A stretch of DNA of 64,000 bases from the human T2T-CHM13v2.0 reference genome, Homo sapiens. The notes beneath the pieces were generated by a model that was not told the DNA's origin, searched no databases, and was given only the letters and a program-made list of their open reading frames with translations. A program made the translations under genes and the position numbers. The stretch's first letter is position 1. Every line of letters starts with the position of its first letter. Positions 26,045-39,239 of the stretch are shown one piece after another. The DNA lies in NCBI RefSeq assembly GCF_009914755.1, contig NC_060925.1; one strand, written 5' to 3'.

Positions 26045-27599
26045 TCAGATCTTTATTTTATATTTTGTATTTTGTATTTTTTTTTTTTTTGCTTTTCCTC
26101 TCTTTTCTTTATCAGAGCGGACAATAAGTTGTTTACTTTTTGGTGTTTTTAATCAATTTTATATTTTACTGTTTAGCACCTTTTTTCTTCATTTCTAAGT
26201 CATTCATTTCTCCTTATCTTTATTAACTTCACCTTTCTGCTTTTCTTAGCCTTATTTTGTATTTTGCAACTTGGGTGCCTAATTTACACATTTTCCTATT
26301 TCTTTTTGTATTCAGAGAAGTATTTGAGGATACTATTTTTCCTCTGACTTCTCTTTTAACTATTTCCATAAGGTCTTATATACTGTGTTTTCACTATTGT
26401 TATTTTCTAGATGTTCTTGAGTTTCTGTTTGAATTTGCTCTTTTATCTTCAACAATATTTTATTAGGAGATTCAGAAGGGCTACATTAGGAAATTCTTTT
26501 AAACTATAGTATTACCAATGATTGAACTTGAGAAAATTAAGTTCTGTGTGATGAAAGTCAATGAAAATGTGTGAGGGGGGTTGAAATGTTCTGTGAATCA
26601 GTAGCAAACTGCTTTTTTTTAGTGGAATTAGAAATAGTTAAGGCTGGAAGAATCTGTAGAGAAAACGAAAAGTGGAACTAGAGGCCAGGTCTAGGTAAAA
26701 GTAAAATGAGACACATTATCAGTAAGATGGCATCTGAAACACATTATCAAAGAGCACTATCCCCATCTCCTCAAGCCTTATTGCTTTCTTGATGTCTGAA
26801 CCACACAGTGTCACTCTTTACATCTTGTGCTGGGTTATAATTGCTCATATTAGACTGTAAGCTCTTTGAGGGCAGAGAGTCTGTTCTTTGAAGTAACAAT
26901 CCCTGGTGTTCACTCTACCTAGTTGTACTGTGGCTGATTATAGTTGGTGAGATCAAAGTGTCATAGACACTAAACAATGAAAATGCCATTAAATGAATAT
27001 AAAACTTCTAGAAGATACCTGCTGCCAACACAAATTAGATTAGTTGGCATAAAAATCTGCTCTGGATCAATCACTTGTTTTAACTGTTTGGGTAATATTG
27101 CTGTCATGTTATAAATTGCTGATATAAATTTTTCTCAAGTTTCATAATATTCAGAAAGTGACTCTTTAAAAAGTTTCAACGTGTCTTTTACTTTGAAATC
27201 ATAGTCTTTTGCACTTGTATTAGTCTTTGTTTGCTTTTCTCTGGTCTCAGCAAAATGCTTGTGTAACTGTCTGACCTTTTCACAAATTATGGCAGTGCTT
27301 AACAGTACATTTTTCTGGGCTTGGTCTTCTTTCCATATATAGAGAACTCAGAGCTGTCTTGCATGTGCCCACTTGGGCTACAGAAGTAGGGACAGTCATT
27401 GCTCTGGGTGTTTATAATGAAGCAGGTGGGGACTGAATGGATGATGGGCACATAGAAAGATAATTGATTAAAACTCACTTATACAAAGACAAAATCACTA
27501 TATTTTAAATCCAAAGTTGGCCAAACCACTGTAGTGATTACTGCATCTCCCCTTAATAGTTAACAACTACAATAATAACAGCAACAACAACAACAAAGA

Positions 27600-28410
27600 G
27601 CTGCTGTCATTCATTGACTGCTTACTCTGTGTCAGATGCTGTTCTTAGCACTCTCCACGGCTAACTCACTAAATCTTCATGACCCAAGTAACTATGACTT
27701 TACTCATTTTACAGATAAGATAACTAATACACAGAGAGATTAAATTTCTCAGGTCCCTGAGTTAGTAAGTGGCAAATCTGGAATTCAAATTCCAAAGCAG
27801 TCCAGTTTTAGAAGCTTCTCATTACTATTATATGCTGCTGCTTCTAATACAAAATGATTGGGCTTTAAGTACTTATCTATTCAGTGGCTTACACATTATC
27901 AACAAGAACAGTCATTAGTGAAATCAAAGAATTTCAAAGCCAGAAGAAACCCTAGGGAGCAACAAGTTGGTCAGATCTCTCCAGTTTTCAGATGAGAAGT
28001 TGGAGGCCCAGAGAGATGGAAGAGCAGAATTATAGATATGGAAATGGACAGAGCCAGGAGTTGACTTCAGGTCTTCTGCCTCTTAGGATATTTTCTTTTT
28101 AAATGACATTAAATATTCTTTCCTTTGTTTTCATCATGTACTATCTTGTATAAAAGGTAGAAATTTATACTATTCCTATTTTTATTCTATAATTGTGCAA
28201 AAAAAAGATCAGGGATGTAATATTTGTTGAGCAACTGTTATGCGCTGGCTCCATAGTAATTCCGGGTTGCAAATGCTACTGTCCTTTTTATCCAACTGAG
28301 GAAGCCAAGGCTCAGAGAGGTTAAAAACTTGCCTGAATCCTAGGGCTAGTAAGTGTTGGAACTCCATTTGAATTCTTACTCATTGGACTTTGAAACCAAC
28401 AGTCTTTGTA
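27600..28410 (-). mobile_element. Cluster of three MIR fragments (about 27600-27830, 27930-28085, 28220-28410)
   Basis: cattttacagataag...acagagagattaa; cagatgagaag..gaggcccagagag; gaggaagccaaggctcagagaggttaa. Confidence 0.7.
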
Positions 28411-29399
28411 CTCCCTGGACTGTCCATGGTTAAGGCCTTCAAAGAGTACAGACTTCATTAACCATATATATTTAGCTCTAGCTATTTACTCATTTTTCTA
28501 CTGAGAGACATGCTCTCCTCCAATGTTGCAAATATGCCTGGTACATCTATTAATGATATAGTTTATTAAAAGGGAGGTTTTATGGATCTCTGCCTTTTGG
28601 TGAAAAAATTTTCTGGCAGAGTGCCTCCTGAAAAAAAAAAAATCTCCATTACTGAGAAGCCCTTTCATTTGTAATTGCTTCTTAGGTAAGACTATTAGAT
28701 ATTCCTCCCTAGCTGCTGTAGCTGGGCTATAAATTGTCTGCACTTTGTTTTGTTGGGATTTTGTGGTTTAATTGTTCCAAGTCACTTACATGGAGCTACA
28801 TTTACAGACACAAAGAGGAGCTGGACTGATGTTTAGCTGTCTTGCACCAGCTTGTATTTTTGGATTAGCTAGTATCCCAGGAAAAGGGTTTGTATCCAAG
28901 ATAATCCTTCCTCTGGACTGGTTTTCTTTCTGTGTTTTGACCCTCCCAGAAGCAGAAGAGTCATCTTGCCTCTCAGTAAAAGCAGAGAAGGGGAAATATC
29001 TTTGAATTGCTGGGTAGGATAGCTTCTCTCGCTCAGCATTTTTTCTGTTCTCCACAAGAAAACCTCTTACTGCAAAATATGTTTGTTGGTGGATCACAGA
29101 CTTCAAACTCACAGGACCTTATCTCCGATACACTGAAAGTAAATGCAACATATTAAATAGTTTAATCAAAATGAGGTAGAGAGGCTATGAAGTGTCTGTA
29201 AACATTTGGTAAGCAATTTTGTCTTTTTTGCTGTTGTTCTTGTTCCCCTAGTTGCCATTACAATTCTTGGTTGGGGTTACTAGTGTTTGTTTTTAATCTT
29301 TAACGATACTGTCCCTTTCTTTGGCTGTTTGTGAAATCTCATCCAGGAATCTGATGCAAAGAAGCACGAGGACCTTCATTTTCACTCCAGTGGTTGTGG

Positions 29400-30970
29400 T
29401 GACTGTGGTGAGTCTGGGGGAACGGGGCAAGTTAATTGGTGGCGAGTTAATCCCCCCCCAAGAAATGTGGGGTCAGAGGCAAAAGACAAAAGCTTAGACA
29501 TAGCCTATTATTTTCTTGTTTCCTTCATTTGCCTGAATCCATGAAGCCAGTGGGAGTCAATCAGGCAACACAAGGATACTCCAGTCTCTTTTCTTGCCTT
29601 CCTTATAAAGGCAGTCATAGGAGTTGGGCAGGTAGCACGGCCTATTACATTGTCCTGGGATCCACACCATCTAGCTGGCCTCACCACCGTAAGGCCATTT
29701 CCATCTGAAGGATCCAGGCAGTTCTTTACAATGTACCATTATAGCAGAACTGCTTCCTTACCTGAGTGGCATTTCAAATTAACATAATGGTATCCTAATG
29801 AGCTGTGCCACTTTCAACTTGCCAAATATGTTCAAAGTACTTTTCTCAACAGCAGTGTCATACCCAGTCAATCAAGTAATCCATTACCCACTGGCTCCTG
29901 GCTGAAGGAAAGGTCATACGCTTGTCTTGCAAAACAAAAGAGAATTGTTTCAAGACAGAGGCCAATTGTAGCATGTTTTAAATGCTTCTGGCTACCTGAG
30001 TGCCCAAACTTGACTAATCTCATGGTAGGGGTGAAACTTACAGAGCCAATTCTAATATAAAACAGCAGACACATAACAAACCAACAAACCCATTTCCAAC
30101 TCTTTAACAAAGGGAGTTACTTCAGCTTTTCTTGGGAAAGAGGTGATTGTTATCCACATTCAGGAAGCCCCTGTGAGTTGTAGAAATGGGACACAGCAAT
30201 AATCAAGAATGCCACTGAAGGAATATTGAAAAAGTAATTAGATTTTCCTTAGTTCATCATCTAATTAGAGGGCAGGTTAAAGTCCAAAGTAATGAAATTA
30301 AAATCTAACTACCGTTAAATCTGTAATGTTTTTTGCTGGTACCAGAGCACCTGGCACTGTAGGAGTCATGTGAGGACACAGAAGCCCCAAAAGCAGAGGA
30401 GTGTAAGGCTTTAGATAGAATTTGACAGGGCTCCATATGAAACAAGGGCAGGGGATGAGAACAAATTGACAAGATATCAGGACGTGTGATTCTTTGTTGA
30501 AAAAGGAATAATACTTATATATAGAAGTCTCAGTTTGCTCTGCTGCCAGATTATTCAGATTATGTTATTATAATAGGTCTAATAGGTCTAGTTTTCCTTT
30601 GTTAGTATACTTTTGTGGGAGATAGGCCCATTCATAGAAAATATAGACTTTTTAGCCATAGCAGTGTTTATTGCACCATTGGCAAATAATGAAACATTTG
30701 GACATTAGAATCAACTACAGGGATAGCATGACAATCCACAAAAGTACCTGGACTGAGTTCATTACATTTTTAACAGGAGAGGAATACACAACAGAAGAAA
30801 CACGCACCCACATGAACACACACGGGCACAAAGAGATACTACAGAATGGGGAGCAATAAATTATTGGCCTAATTCGTGCCTGGTTCCAAAGAAAAGGGGC
30901 AGTTGGAGCCCCCCAGGCCATCTCACCGCCTTTCCCCTGACTGGGTCCCTCCATCTGGTAGTTGCCAGCC
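29400..30970 (-). pseudogene. Tentative, highly decayed retroviral env-like remnant
   Basis: Minus-strand translation gives GYDTAVEKSTLNI (29827-29865), LQMEMAL..GQLDGV (29663-29710) and NRPCY (29632-29646), in the order expected for an env TM subunit. Confidence 0.35.
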
Positions 30971-31139
30971 AATGTTGGAGGTCTGACCCATGCTTTTCTC
31001 TCCTTGGGAAAAGGTGAGTTTAAATATTTGGCTTCTTACTAGAGAAGACCTATATACAAACAGAATAGCCACACTGGCCTGAAAGGGCCAAAGTAGATAG
31101 CAAGTAAAGTTTTATGTTTCAGATATGAGCATGGGGTGG

Positions 31140-33443
31140 TGATATGGTTTTGCTCTGTGTCCCCACCCAAACCTCATCTTGAATTGTACTCCCATAATTC
31201 CCATGTGTTGTGGGAGGAACCTGGTGGGGGATAATGGAATCATGGGGGCAGTTTCTCCCACACTGTTCTCATGGTAGTGAATAAGTCTCACGAGATCTGA
31301 TGGTTTGATAAGGGGAAACCCATTTCACTGGGCTCCCATTCTCTCTTTTTGCCTGCTGCCATCCATGTAAGACATGACTTGCTCCTCCTTGTCTTCTACT
31401 ATGATTGTGAGGCCTTCTCAGCCGCTTGGAACTGTGAGTCTAATTAAACCTTTTTCTTTTGTACATTGCCCAGTCTCAGGTATGTCTTTATCTTAGAAAA
31501 CAGACTCATACAGTAAATTGGTGCCAGTAGAGTGGGGTGTTGCTGAAAAGATACCTGAAAATGTGGGGGCGACTTTGGAACTGGGTAACAGGCAGAGGTT
31601 GGAACAATTTGGAAAGCTCAGAAGAAGACAAGAAAATTTGGGAAAGTTTGTAACTTCCTAGAGACTTGTTGAATGACTTTGACCACAAGCCTGACAGCAA
31701 TATGGACAATAAGGTCTAGGCTGAAGTGGTCTCAGATGGAGATGAGGAAGTTGTTGGGAACTGGAGCAAAGATATGTGTTGTTGTTGTGTTTTAGCAAAG
31801 AGACTGGTGGCATTTTGCCCCTGCCCTAGAAATCTGGGAAACTTTGAACTTGAGAGAGATGATTTAGGGTATCTGGTGGAAGAAATTTCTAAGCATCAAA
31901 ACATCTAAGGGGTGACTTGGGATGTGTTAATTCAGACTTGGGATGTTAAAGGTATTCAGTTTTATAAAGGAAGCAGAGCATAAAAGTTTGTAAAATTTAC
32001 AGCCTGACAATGTGATAGAAAAGAAAATCCCATTTTCTGAGGAGAAATTCAAGTTGGCTACAGAAATTTGCATAATTAATGAGGAGCTGAATGTTAATCC
32101 CCAAGACAATGGGGAAAATGTCTCCAGGGCATGTCAGAGGTCTTCTTGGCAGCCTCTCCCATCACAGGTGTGGAGACCTAGGAAGAAAATATAGTTTCCT
32201 GGGCTGGGCCCAGGGTCTCCGTGCTGTGCACAGTCCAGGGACTTGGTGCCCTGCATCCCAGCTGCTCCAGCCATGACTAAAAGGGGTCAAGGTACAGCTT
32301 GGGCCATGGCTTCAAAGGGTGTAAGCCCCAAGCTTTGACAGCCCCAACATGATGTCGAGCCTGAGGGTGCACAGAAGTCAAGAATTGGGGTTTGGGAACC
32401 TCCACCTAGATTTCAGAAGATATATGGAAACGCCTGGATGCCCAGGCATAAGTTTGTTGCAGGGGCAGGGTGCTTGTGGAGAACCTCTGCTAGCACAGAA
32501 GGGAAATGTGGGTCAGAGCCCCCACACACAGTGCCTACTGGGGCACTGCCTAGTGAAGCTGTGAGAAGAGGGCCACTGTCCTTCAGACCCCAGAATGGTA
32601 GATCCACTGACAATTTGCACACTTCACCTGGAAAAGGTGGCTGTACTCTGCAAAGCTACAGAGATGGAGCTGCCCAAGACCATGGGAACCCACCTCTTGC
32701 ATCAGCATGACCTGGATATGAGACATGGAGTCAAAGGAGATCATTTTGGAGCTTTAAGATTTGACTGCCCTGCTGGAGTTTGGACTTGCATGGGGCCTGT
32801 AACTCCTTTGCTTTGGCCAATTTCTCCCACTTGGAATGGCTGTATTTACCCAATGCCTATACCCCCTTTGTATCTAGGAAGTAATTAACTTGCTTTTGAT
32901 TTTACAGGTTTATAGGTGGAAGGGACTTGCCTTGTCTCAGACAAGACTTTGGACTGTTGACTTTTCAGTTAATATTGAAATAAGTTAAGCCTTTGGGGGA
33001 CTACTGGGAAGGCATGATTGGTTCTGAAATGTGAGGACATGAGATTTGGGAGGGGTCAGGGGCAGAATGATATGGTTTGGCTCTATGTCTCCACCTAAAT
33101 CTCATCTTAAATTGTACTCCAATAATTCCCACTTGTTGTGGGAAGAACCTGGTGGGAGATAATTGAATCATGGGGGCAGTTTGCCCCATACTGTTCTCAT
33201 GGCAGTGAATAAGTCTCATGAGATCTGATGGTTTGATAAGGGGAAACTCATTTCACTTGGCTCTCATTCTCTCTTTTTGCCTGTTGCCATTCATGTAAGA
33301 AGTGACTTGCTCCTCCTTGTCTTCCACCATCATTATGAGGCTTCTGCAGCCACGTGGAACTGTGAGTCCATTAAACCTTTTTCTTTTGTAAATTGCCCAG
33401 TCTTGGGTATGTCTTTATCAGAGCATGAAAACAGACTAATACA
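31140..33443 (+). mobile_element. Full-length THE1C-like MaLR provirus (5'LTR 31140-31512, internal 31513-33067, 3'LTR 33068-33443)
   Basis: Paired tgatatggttt...taca LTRs; PBS-like tggtgccagtagagtgggg after the 5'LTR; purine tract ggaggggtcaggggcagaa before the 3'LTR; THE1-int peptides. Confidence 0.95.
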
Positions 33444-33887
33444 GGTATTACTCAAATGTCCACTTTTTCTTCTCCTATAGGGTTCTCTTCCTCTGAAGAG
33501 TTAGGAAAGAATAGGAGTTGTCCCCAAATTGTCCACCCCATCTTCATACACTCCTCCCAATGCCTTCCAAGCCCCCAGGCCCACCCTGCCTGAAATTCCT
33601 GCCCATGGTCCCCATGATACCTCCATAGGCTGCAGCTCCCTCCAGGCAGCCATTAGAGGACTGAGGATGTGGTTCACCCACACTGGACTGCCCATCTCTT
33701 GTTCCCCAGTACCCTCTCACAGGGGTGTACAGGTATGTTATTGAATAAAAGGTTTAGGGTAAAGGGGGGATATTTAATGTTGTTCAAATTATGACTTTCC
33801 CCACATTCCATGGAAAACTCACCTGAAAAGAGAAATTTTAATGGGGGTCCTCTCATAATTGCCATAGTTGTTAACTTTGTAGGCCAC

Positions 33888-34185
33888 TTTTTTTTTTTTT
33901 TTTGAGATGGAGTCTCGCAGTGTCGCCCAGGCTGGAGTGCAGTGGCGCAACCTTGGCTCAGTGCAAGCTCCACCTCCTGGGTTCATGCCATTCTCCTTCT
34001 TCAGCCTCCCGAGTAGCTGGGATTACAGGTTCTCACCACCATGCTCAGCTAATTTTTTATATTTTTAGTAGAGATGGAGTTTCACCATGTTAGCCAGGAT
34101 GGTCTCGATCTCCTGACCTCGTGATCCACCCACCTCAGCCTCCCAAAGTACTGGGATTACAGGCATGAGCCACTGTGCCCAGGCC
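33888..34185 (-). mobile_element. Full-length Alu (AluY/AluSc-like)
   Basis: Dimeric Alu with gcaagctcc...gggttcatgccattctcc and ttagccaggatggtctcgatctcctgacctcgtg diagnostics. Confidence 0.95.
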
Positions 34186-34506
34186 TGCATTCCACTTCTA
34201 AGTTAGCCCTTTCAGCAAGAATGTATGTATCCTTCTTCTAATCTCCACCACATGACTCTCTATGCGTCTTTATCCACAGAGGTAGATATTATTCTCCATC
34301 CCCAATTTTAAAGTCTGTGTTGCTCAGTCTGAATGAAAATTCCCCAGAAAGCTCCCCTCATCTTCCATCCCCAGCCCACAGAATAACACTGAGTCTGCAG
34401 AGTCATCCAGGGTAGACCTGAACACCAATTCTGGTCACCAAGGTTGTCCCACAGTGTGAGATGTAAATATGCTTCTTTATTTTTCTAAAAATTAAAAAAA
34501 ATTGGA

Positions 34507-34556
<50 letters not shown>

Positions 34557-34557
34557 C
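34507..34557. repeat. (CA)n microsatellite
   Basis: About 25 CA units with two interruptions. Confidence 0.95.
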
Positions 34558-35089
34558 TGACTTTCCAAGGCCACTATCAATTTTTAGAGACAGTCCAGCG
34601 GAAAATCATAGCATGAAACACTTTTACAACAGCCTGGTTCTTTGCATGGTGCTGTTCTCACAATGGCACCGCTCACATTTTTATGTAGCATAACAGTAGT
34701 TTAACTCATCTCACTCTTTCTCTACTCCCATCTTCAAATTGTGTTTCCTTAGGCCCAAAAGGAATAAAAAACAGAGCTACCCCTGAGCCACATACTTGTT
34801 TGTGGATGCTCCCCTAGCCAGATGAAGTACAAGGCCCCTGCTAAAGCCTCATAAAGCCTCATTAAATTCTTAGGTCCAGGTAATCTCGCATCTGAGTCTC
34901 TGCCTGGTGGCTGGGGAACAGGTGTGTGCATGTGGAGGTTCATTCTTGCAGTTACTTCAGTAAATGCTGAGTAATGTACATCATTTAATAAAGCATATGA
35001 GACAAAGCATGTCACATTTTAACCTGTCAACCGTCTTTCCATTTAAGTCACATTTTATAAGATAAGTGATATATCTAAATGCTTTATTT

Positions 35090-35640
35090 CTAAAATCCCC
35101 TTCTTGGTCTGGCTGGTTCACCCCTTCCCACACTTCAGGTCTGTTTGTGTGTCACCTCTGGTCTTTGCTTATGCTTTTCATCATAATACCCTGTTTATTT
35201 CTTTCAATCTTGCGTTTATTAATTTACTTGTTTATTACTTGTTTTTCCTTTCTAGAATGTAAATTACTCCATGGAAAGACAATATCTGACTTACCCACTG
35301 TTGAATATCCAGCATAAGGTACATAGTAGTTATCCATAAATGTTTGCTAATTTGAGAGGGCAGAATAGCCTGGAGGTAAATAGTGTGTCTTGAGGGCCAG
35401 GCTGCCTGGCTATGAATCCTAGCTGTCCTCTTTACTAGCTGTGTTCTGTTCCTTCTGGAAACTCAGTGTCAGTGGAGCATCCAATTCATAGAGCCTATTC
35501 CTGAGGCACTTCTCTGTGCCTGTTTCTCCATTTTTTTGAACAGAGATAATAATAGTCCCTATATCACAGAGTTGTTGTAAGCATTAAATGAAGCATAAAA
35601 ATATATGAAAAGTGACACATATTGAATACTATGTGAGTTA
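35090..35640 (+). mobile_element. L2 3' end followed by MIR
   Basis: ctagaatgtaaattactccatg...catagtag...ataaatgtttg; ctgcctggctatgaatcctagct...tctctgtgcctgtttctccat...gttgttgtaagcattaaatga. Confidence 0.65.
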
Positions 35641-38243
35641 GCTGGTATTTTAAATGATTTTATTTACATTAATTGAAAGCATATTGAATGCCTTACGTAA
35701 CAGGGCCTTTGCTAGCATAACCAAGACCATAAACAGGCATGACTTACAAGATGTTATCAGTATGCCCCTTTGTTTTCCTTCTACTACCCCTTTAATTTTT
35801 TTTAGATAAGAATATTGGGGATTTTTTTGCAACAGAATGAGAACTGGCAGACTTGATGACTTTTCTAATCTCAGTTCTATGACTAGAATCCTCAGCCCAG
35901 TGTAAAACCTAACTCAATTTCAAATTAAACATTCTCCTCTTTCCCAGCTTCTGGTAGGTCAGGAGCTACCTTGGTAAGAGGCAAAGGCCACTTTTTTCTT
36001 TCCTTTTGCCCTTTATTCACCCCTACCCTCCCTGCCCCCTGCCAGGATGCTAGTCACAGTTTCTGGCCCTTTCCTTTTAAAGCACAAAGGAGTAGGTGGA
36101 AAAGGGAAAACAGAAAGTTCTTACTAGAGTGATACTGTCATAAGATGGCTTTGGATTTTCTAGGATAAACAGGTGTTCAAAGCTAATTCCCATGCACTGG
36201 TTTCCATGGATTCTTAGGAGGCTCTCTGCTGGGACCTGCTAATCAGAAGCTTGAGAAGTAGCACTTCTTTTTTTTCTGGTGGCCAGTATCTCTTTTGGTC
36301 TAGTTTTCCAGGAATCCACTATAGGCAAAACTGTCTATTGACATCCTTCAGTCATCTAGGCGGTTCTCTTGGGCAATACTTAAAATGGCTCCAGGCTGTA
36401 TCTCTTCCATGGTAGGAAATACTCCTGTATTCTTTACCTTGATATTGGTGGAGTACAGTTACTTCCCAAACATGGCAGTCTACTTTACCTTAGCACCACC
36501 TGAGGCTGATAAGCACAGTTTCTCATTTCCAGATTTTTCAGGCATATATCAAGACCAGTCTTCTGATCCCTCTCTCAGACATTCAGGGGATATGTACAAG
36601 GCAGAGGCCATTCAGTGGTCCATTTGAAGTTTTTGCTAAGCTGGAGCTGAGAAATCAAACAGCCCCACTACTACCCTTGGGGCAGCAAGCAAGAGATCAA
36701 TTGCAGAGATTTTCCCAGAGAATACCTTCTCACAAGTATTCTTTTCAATTCCACCTCCTCACTCTTTTGAGTGAGAAGGCATTTACATATGCTTTGAGAG
36801 TTTTGGAGCCTTCTAACTGGTTGTTAGCACATCTTTGGAATTTCTGTTTTGTGTTCTGGTATTTCACTTTGCAATTTTCCATTGTATCATAGAAGCTCAG
36901 TCAAAAGTTCCAATTTAGGGGGCTAAGATGGTTGACTAGAAGCAGCAGCAATTGGAGGCTCCCATCGAAAAGAACTATAATGGCATACGAATCTTGCCCT
37001 GGCAACTGAGGTATCCAGGTTCTGTCATCAAAACTGACTAGGCAGCTGGTGTAACCCATAGAGAAGTAGGAAGAGCAGTGTGGTGTGTTGGCCCACTTGA
37101 GAACCACACGGGGCAGGGGAGCCCCTACCCCCCAGCCAAGGGAGGCAGTGAGTGAGCATGCTACCCAGCCTGGGAAAACATGCTTTTTCCACGGAACTGT
37201 GCAACCCACAGATCAGAAGATCCCACTAGCGAGCCCATGTCACTGCGGCCAAGGGTCCCAACCACAGAGCCGTGCAGATTCTCAATAGCCACTAAGCTAG
37301 AATCTGCTTAAGCCTGCTGAGCTCCTGGGGGGAATGGCGACCAGCACCACAGCTGTGGCTGCCTGCTGTCTAAGCTGTTTGAGACCCTTGGCAGGGTGGG
37401 AGGGTGATAGCCAACACTGGGACTGTTAGCTGCCTAACACACTAAGCTTCCAGGGTAGAGGAAGGATGGCAGCCCTCTCTGTAGCTCCAGACCATGCTTT
37501 TCCCTGCTGGAGCTGGGGATGCTGGATGGCTTCGTCCCAAGAGGTATCCCCCACAGCCCAATACACTGGCTGTGGCAGATGGCGGACAGAGTGCCTTTTC
37601 AGGCCTGACCGTGACACATCCCTCCTCACTGGTGGGGCCTCCCTACAGGAACTCTGACAACTCCAGCCAGGTTCTCAGGAACAGAACTCTGATCTCCTTG
37701 GGCCTGAGCCCCTAGGGGGAGGTGTGGCCACAGTCTCCCCAGACCAGTAGACTTAGTTTTTCCTTCTGCTAGTTCTGAGAAATCCAGACAGCTCAGACAA
37801 ATGGGCTTCCCCCAGTGAAGGGACACTAAGGGACATCCAAAGTGCTTTGTTAAATGGGTCCTGCTCCCCATGCCACCCAACTGGGTGAGACTCTCCAACA
37901 GGGGTTGTCAGACACACTATATAGGAGCATTTATACTGGCATCAGATCAATGCCCCTCAAGGTCAGAGATCCCAGAGGAAGGAGCAGGCACCCATCTTTG
38001 CTGCTCTCCAGCCTCCTTGAGTGACATCTCCATGTGTGGGAGTGAACCAGATGAATAGGGCCTGAAGCGAACCCCCAGAAAACCACAGGAGCCTTACAGA
38101 AGAGGGACCTGACCATTGCAAGAGAAACAACAAACAGAAAGCAACAACAGAATCAACAACAACAACAACAACAAAAAGTCCCCACAAAAACCCCATTCAA
38201 GGGTCAGCAGCCTCAAAGACCACTACTCGACAAACTCATGAAG

Positions 38244-39176
38244 ATGAGAAATAATCAATGAAAAAATGCTGAAAACCCCAAAGGCCAGAGTGTGTCTTCT
38301 ACTCCAAATGATTGCAGTTCCACTCCAGCAAGGGCAGAGAACTGGATGAAGATGAGACGGATGAACTGACAGAGGTAGGCTTCAGAAAGTGGATAATAAC
38401 AAACTCTGCTGAGCTAAAGGAGCATGTTCTAACCCAATGCAAAGAAGCTGAGAACCTTGATAAAAGGTTACAGGAGCTGCTAACTAAAATAACCAGTTTA
38501 GAGAGGAACATAAATGACATGATGGAGCTGAAAAACATAGCCTGGGAACTTCATGAAGCATACACAAATATCAATACCCGAATAAACCAAGTGGAAGAAA
38601 GGATATCAGAATTTGAAGACCATCTTGCTGAAATAAGGCAGGCAGACAAGATTAGAGAAAAAAGAATGAAAAGGAACAAACAAAACCTTGAGAAATATGG
38701 GACTCTGTAAAAAGACCAAACCTATGACTGATTGGAGTACCTGAAAGAGACTGAGGGAATGGAACCAAGTTGGAAAACACATTTCAGGATATTATCCAGG
38801 AAAACTTCCCCAACCTAAAAACACAGGCCTAAACATTCAAATTCAGGAAATACAGAGAATGCTACTAAGATACTCTATGAGAAGATCAACCACAAGACAC
38901 ATAATCATCAGATTCTCCAAGGTTGAAATGAAGGAAAAAATGTTAAGTGCAGCCAGAGAAAAAGTCCGGGTCACCTACAAAGGGAAGCCCATCAGACTAA
39001 CAGCAGACCTCTCAGCAGAAACCCTATAAGCCAGAAGAGAATGGAGGCCAATATTCAATATTCTTAAAGAAAAGAATTTTCAACTCAGGCCTGCCTTGCA
39101 AAAGCTCCTGGTGGAAGCACTAAATGTGGAAAAGAAAAACCGGTACCAGCCACTGCAAAAACACACCAAAATGTAA
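38244..39176 (+). pseudogene. Disrupted L1 ORF1
   Basis: ELTEVGFRKWIITN...LERNINDMMELKN; stops, frameshifts and an internal deletion near 39088. Confidence 0.9.
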
Positions 39177-39239
39177 AGACCAATGACACTATGAAGAAAC
39201 TGTATCAACTTGTGTGTAAAGTATCTAGATAGCATCATG

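Noticed and set aside
35870-36720. Possible old LTR-like sequence
   Set aside because: I could not identify termini or a family with any confidence.
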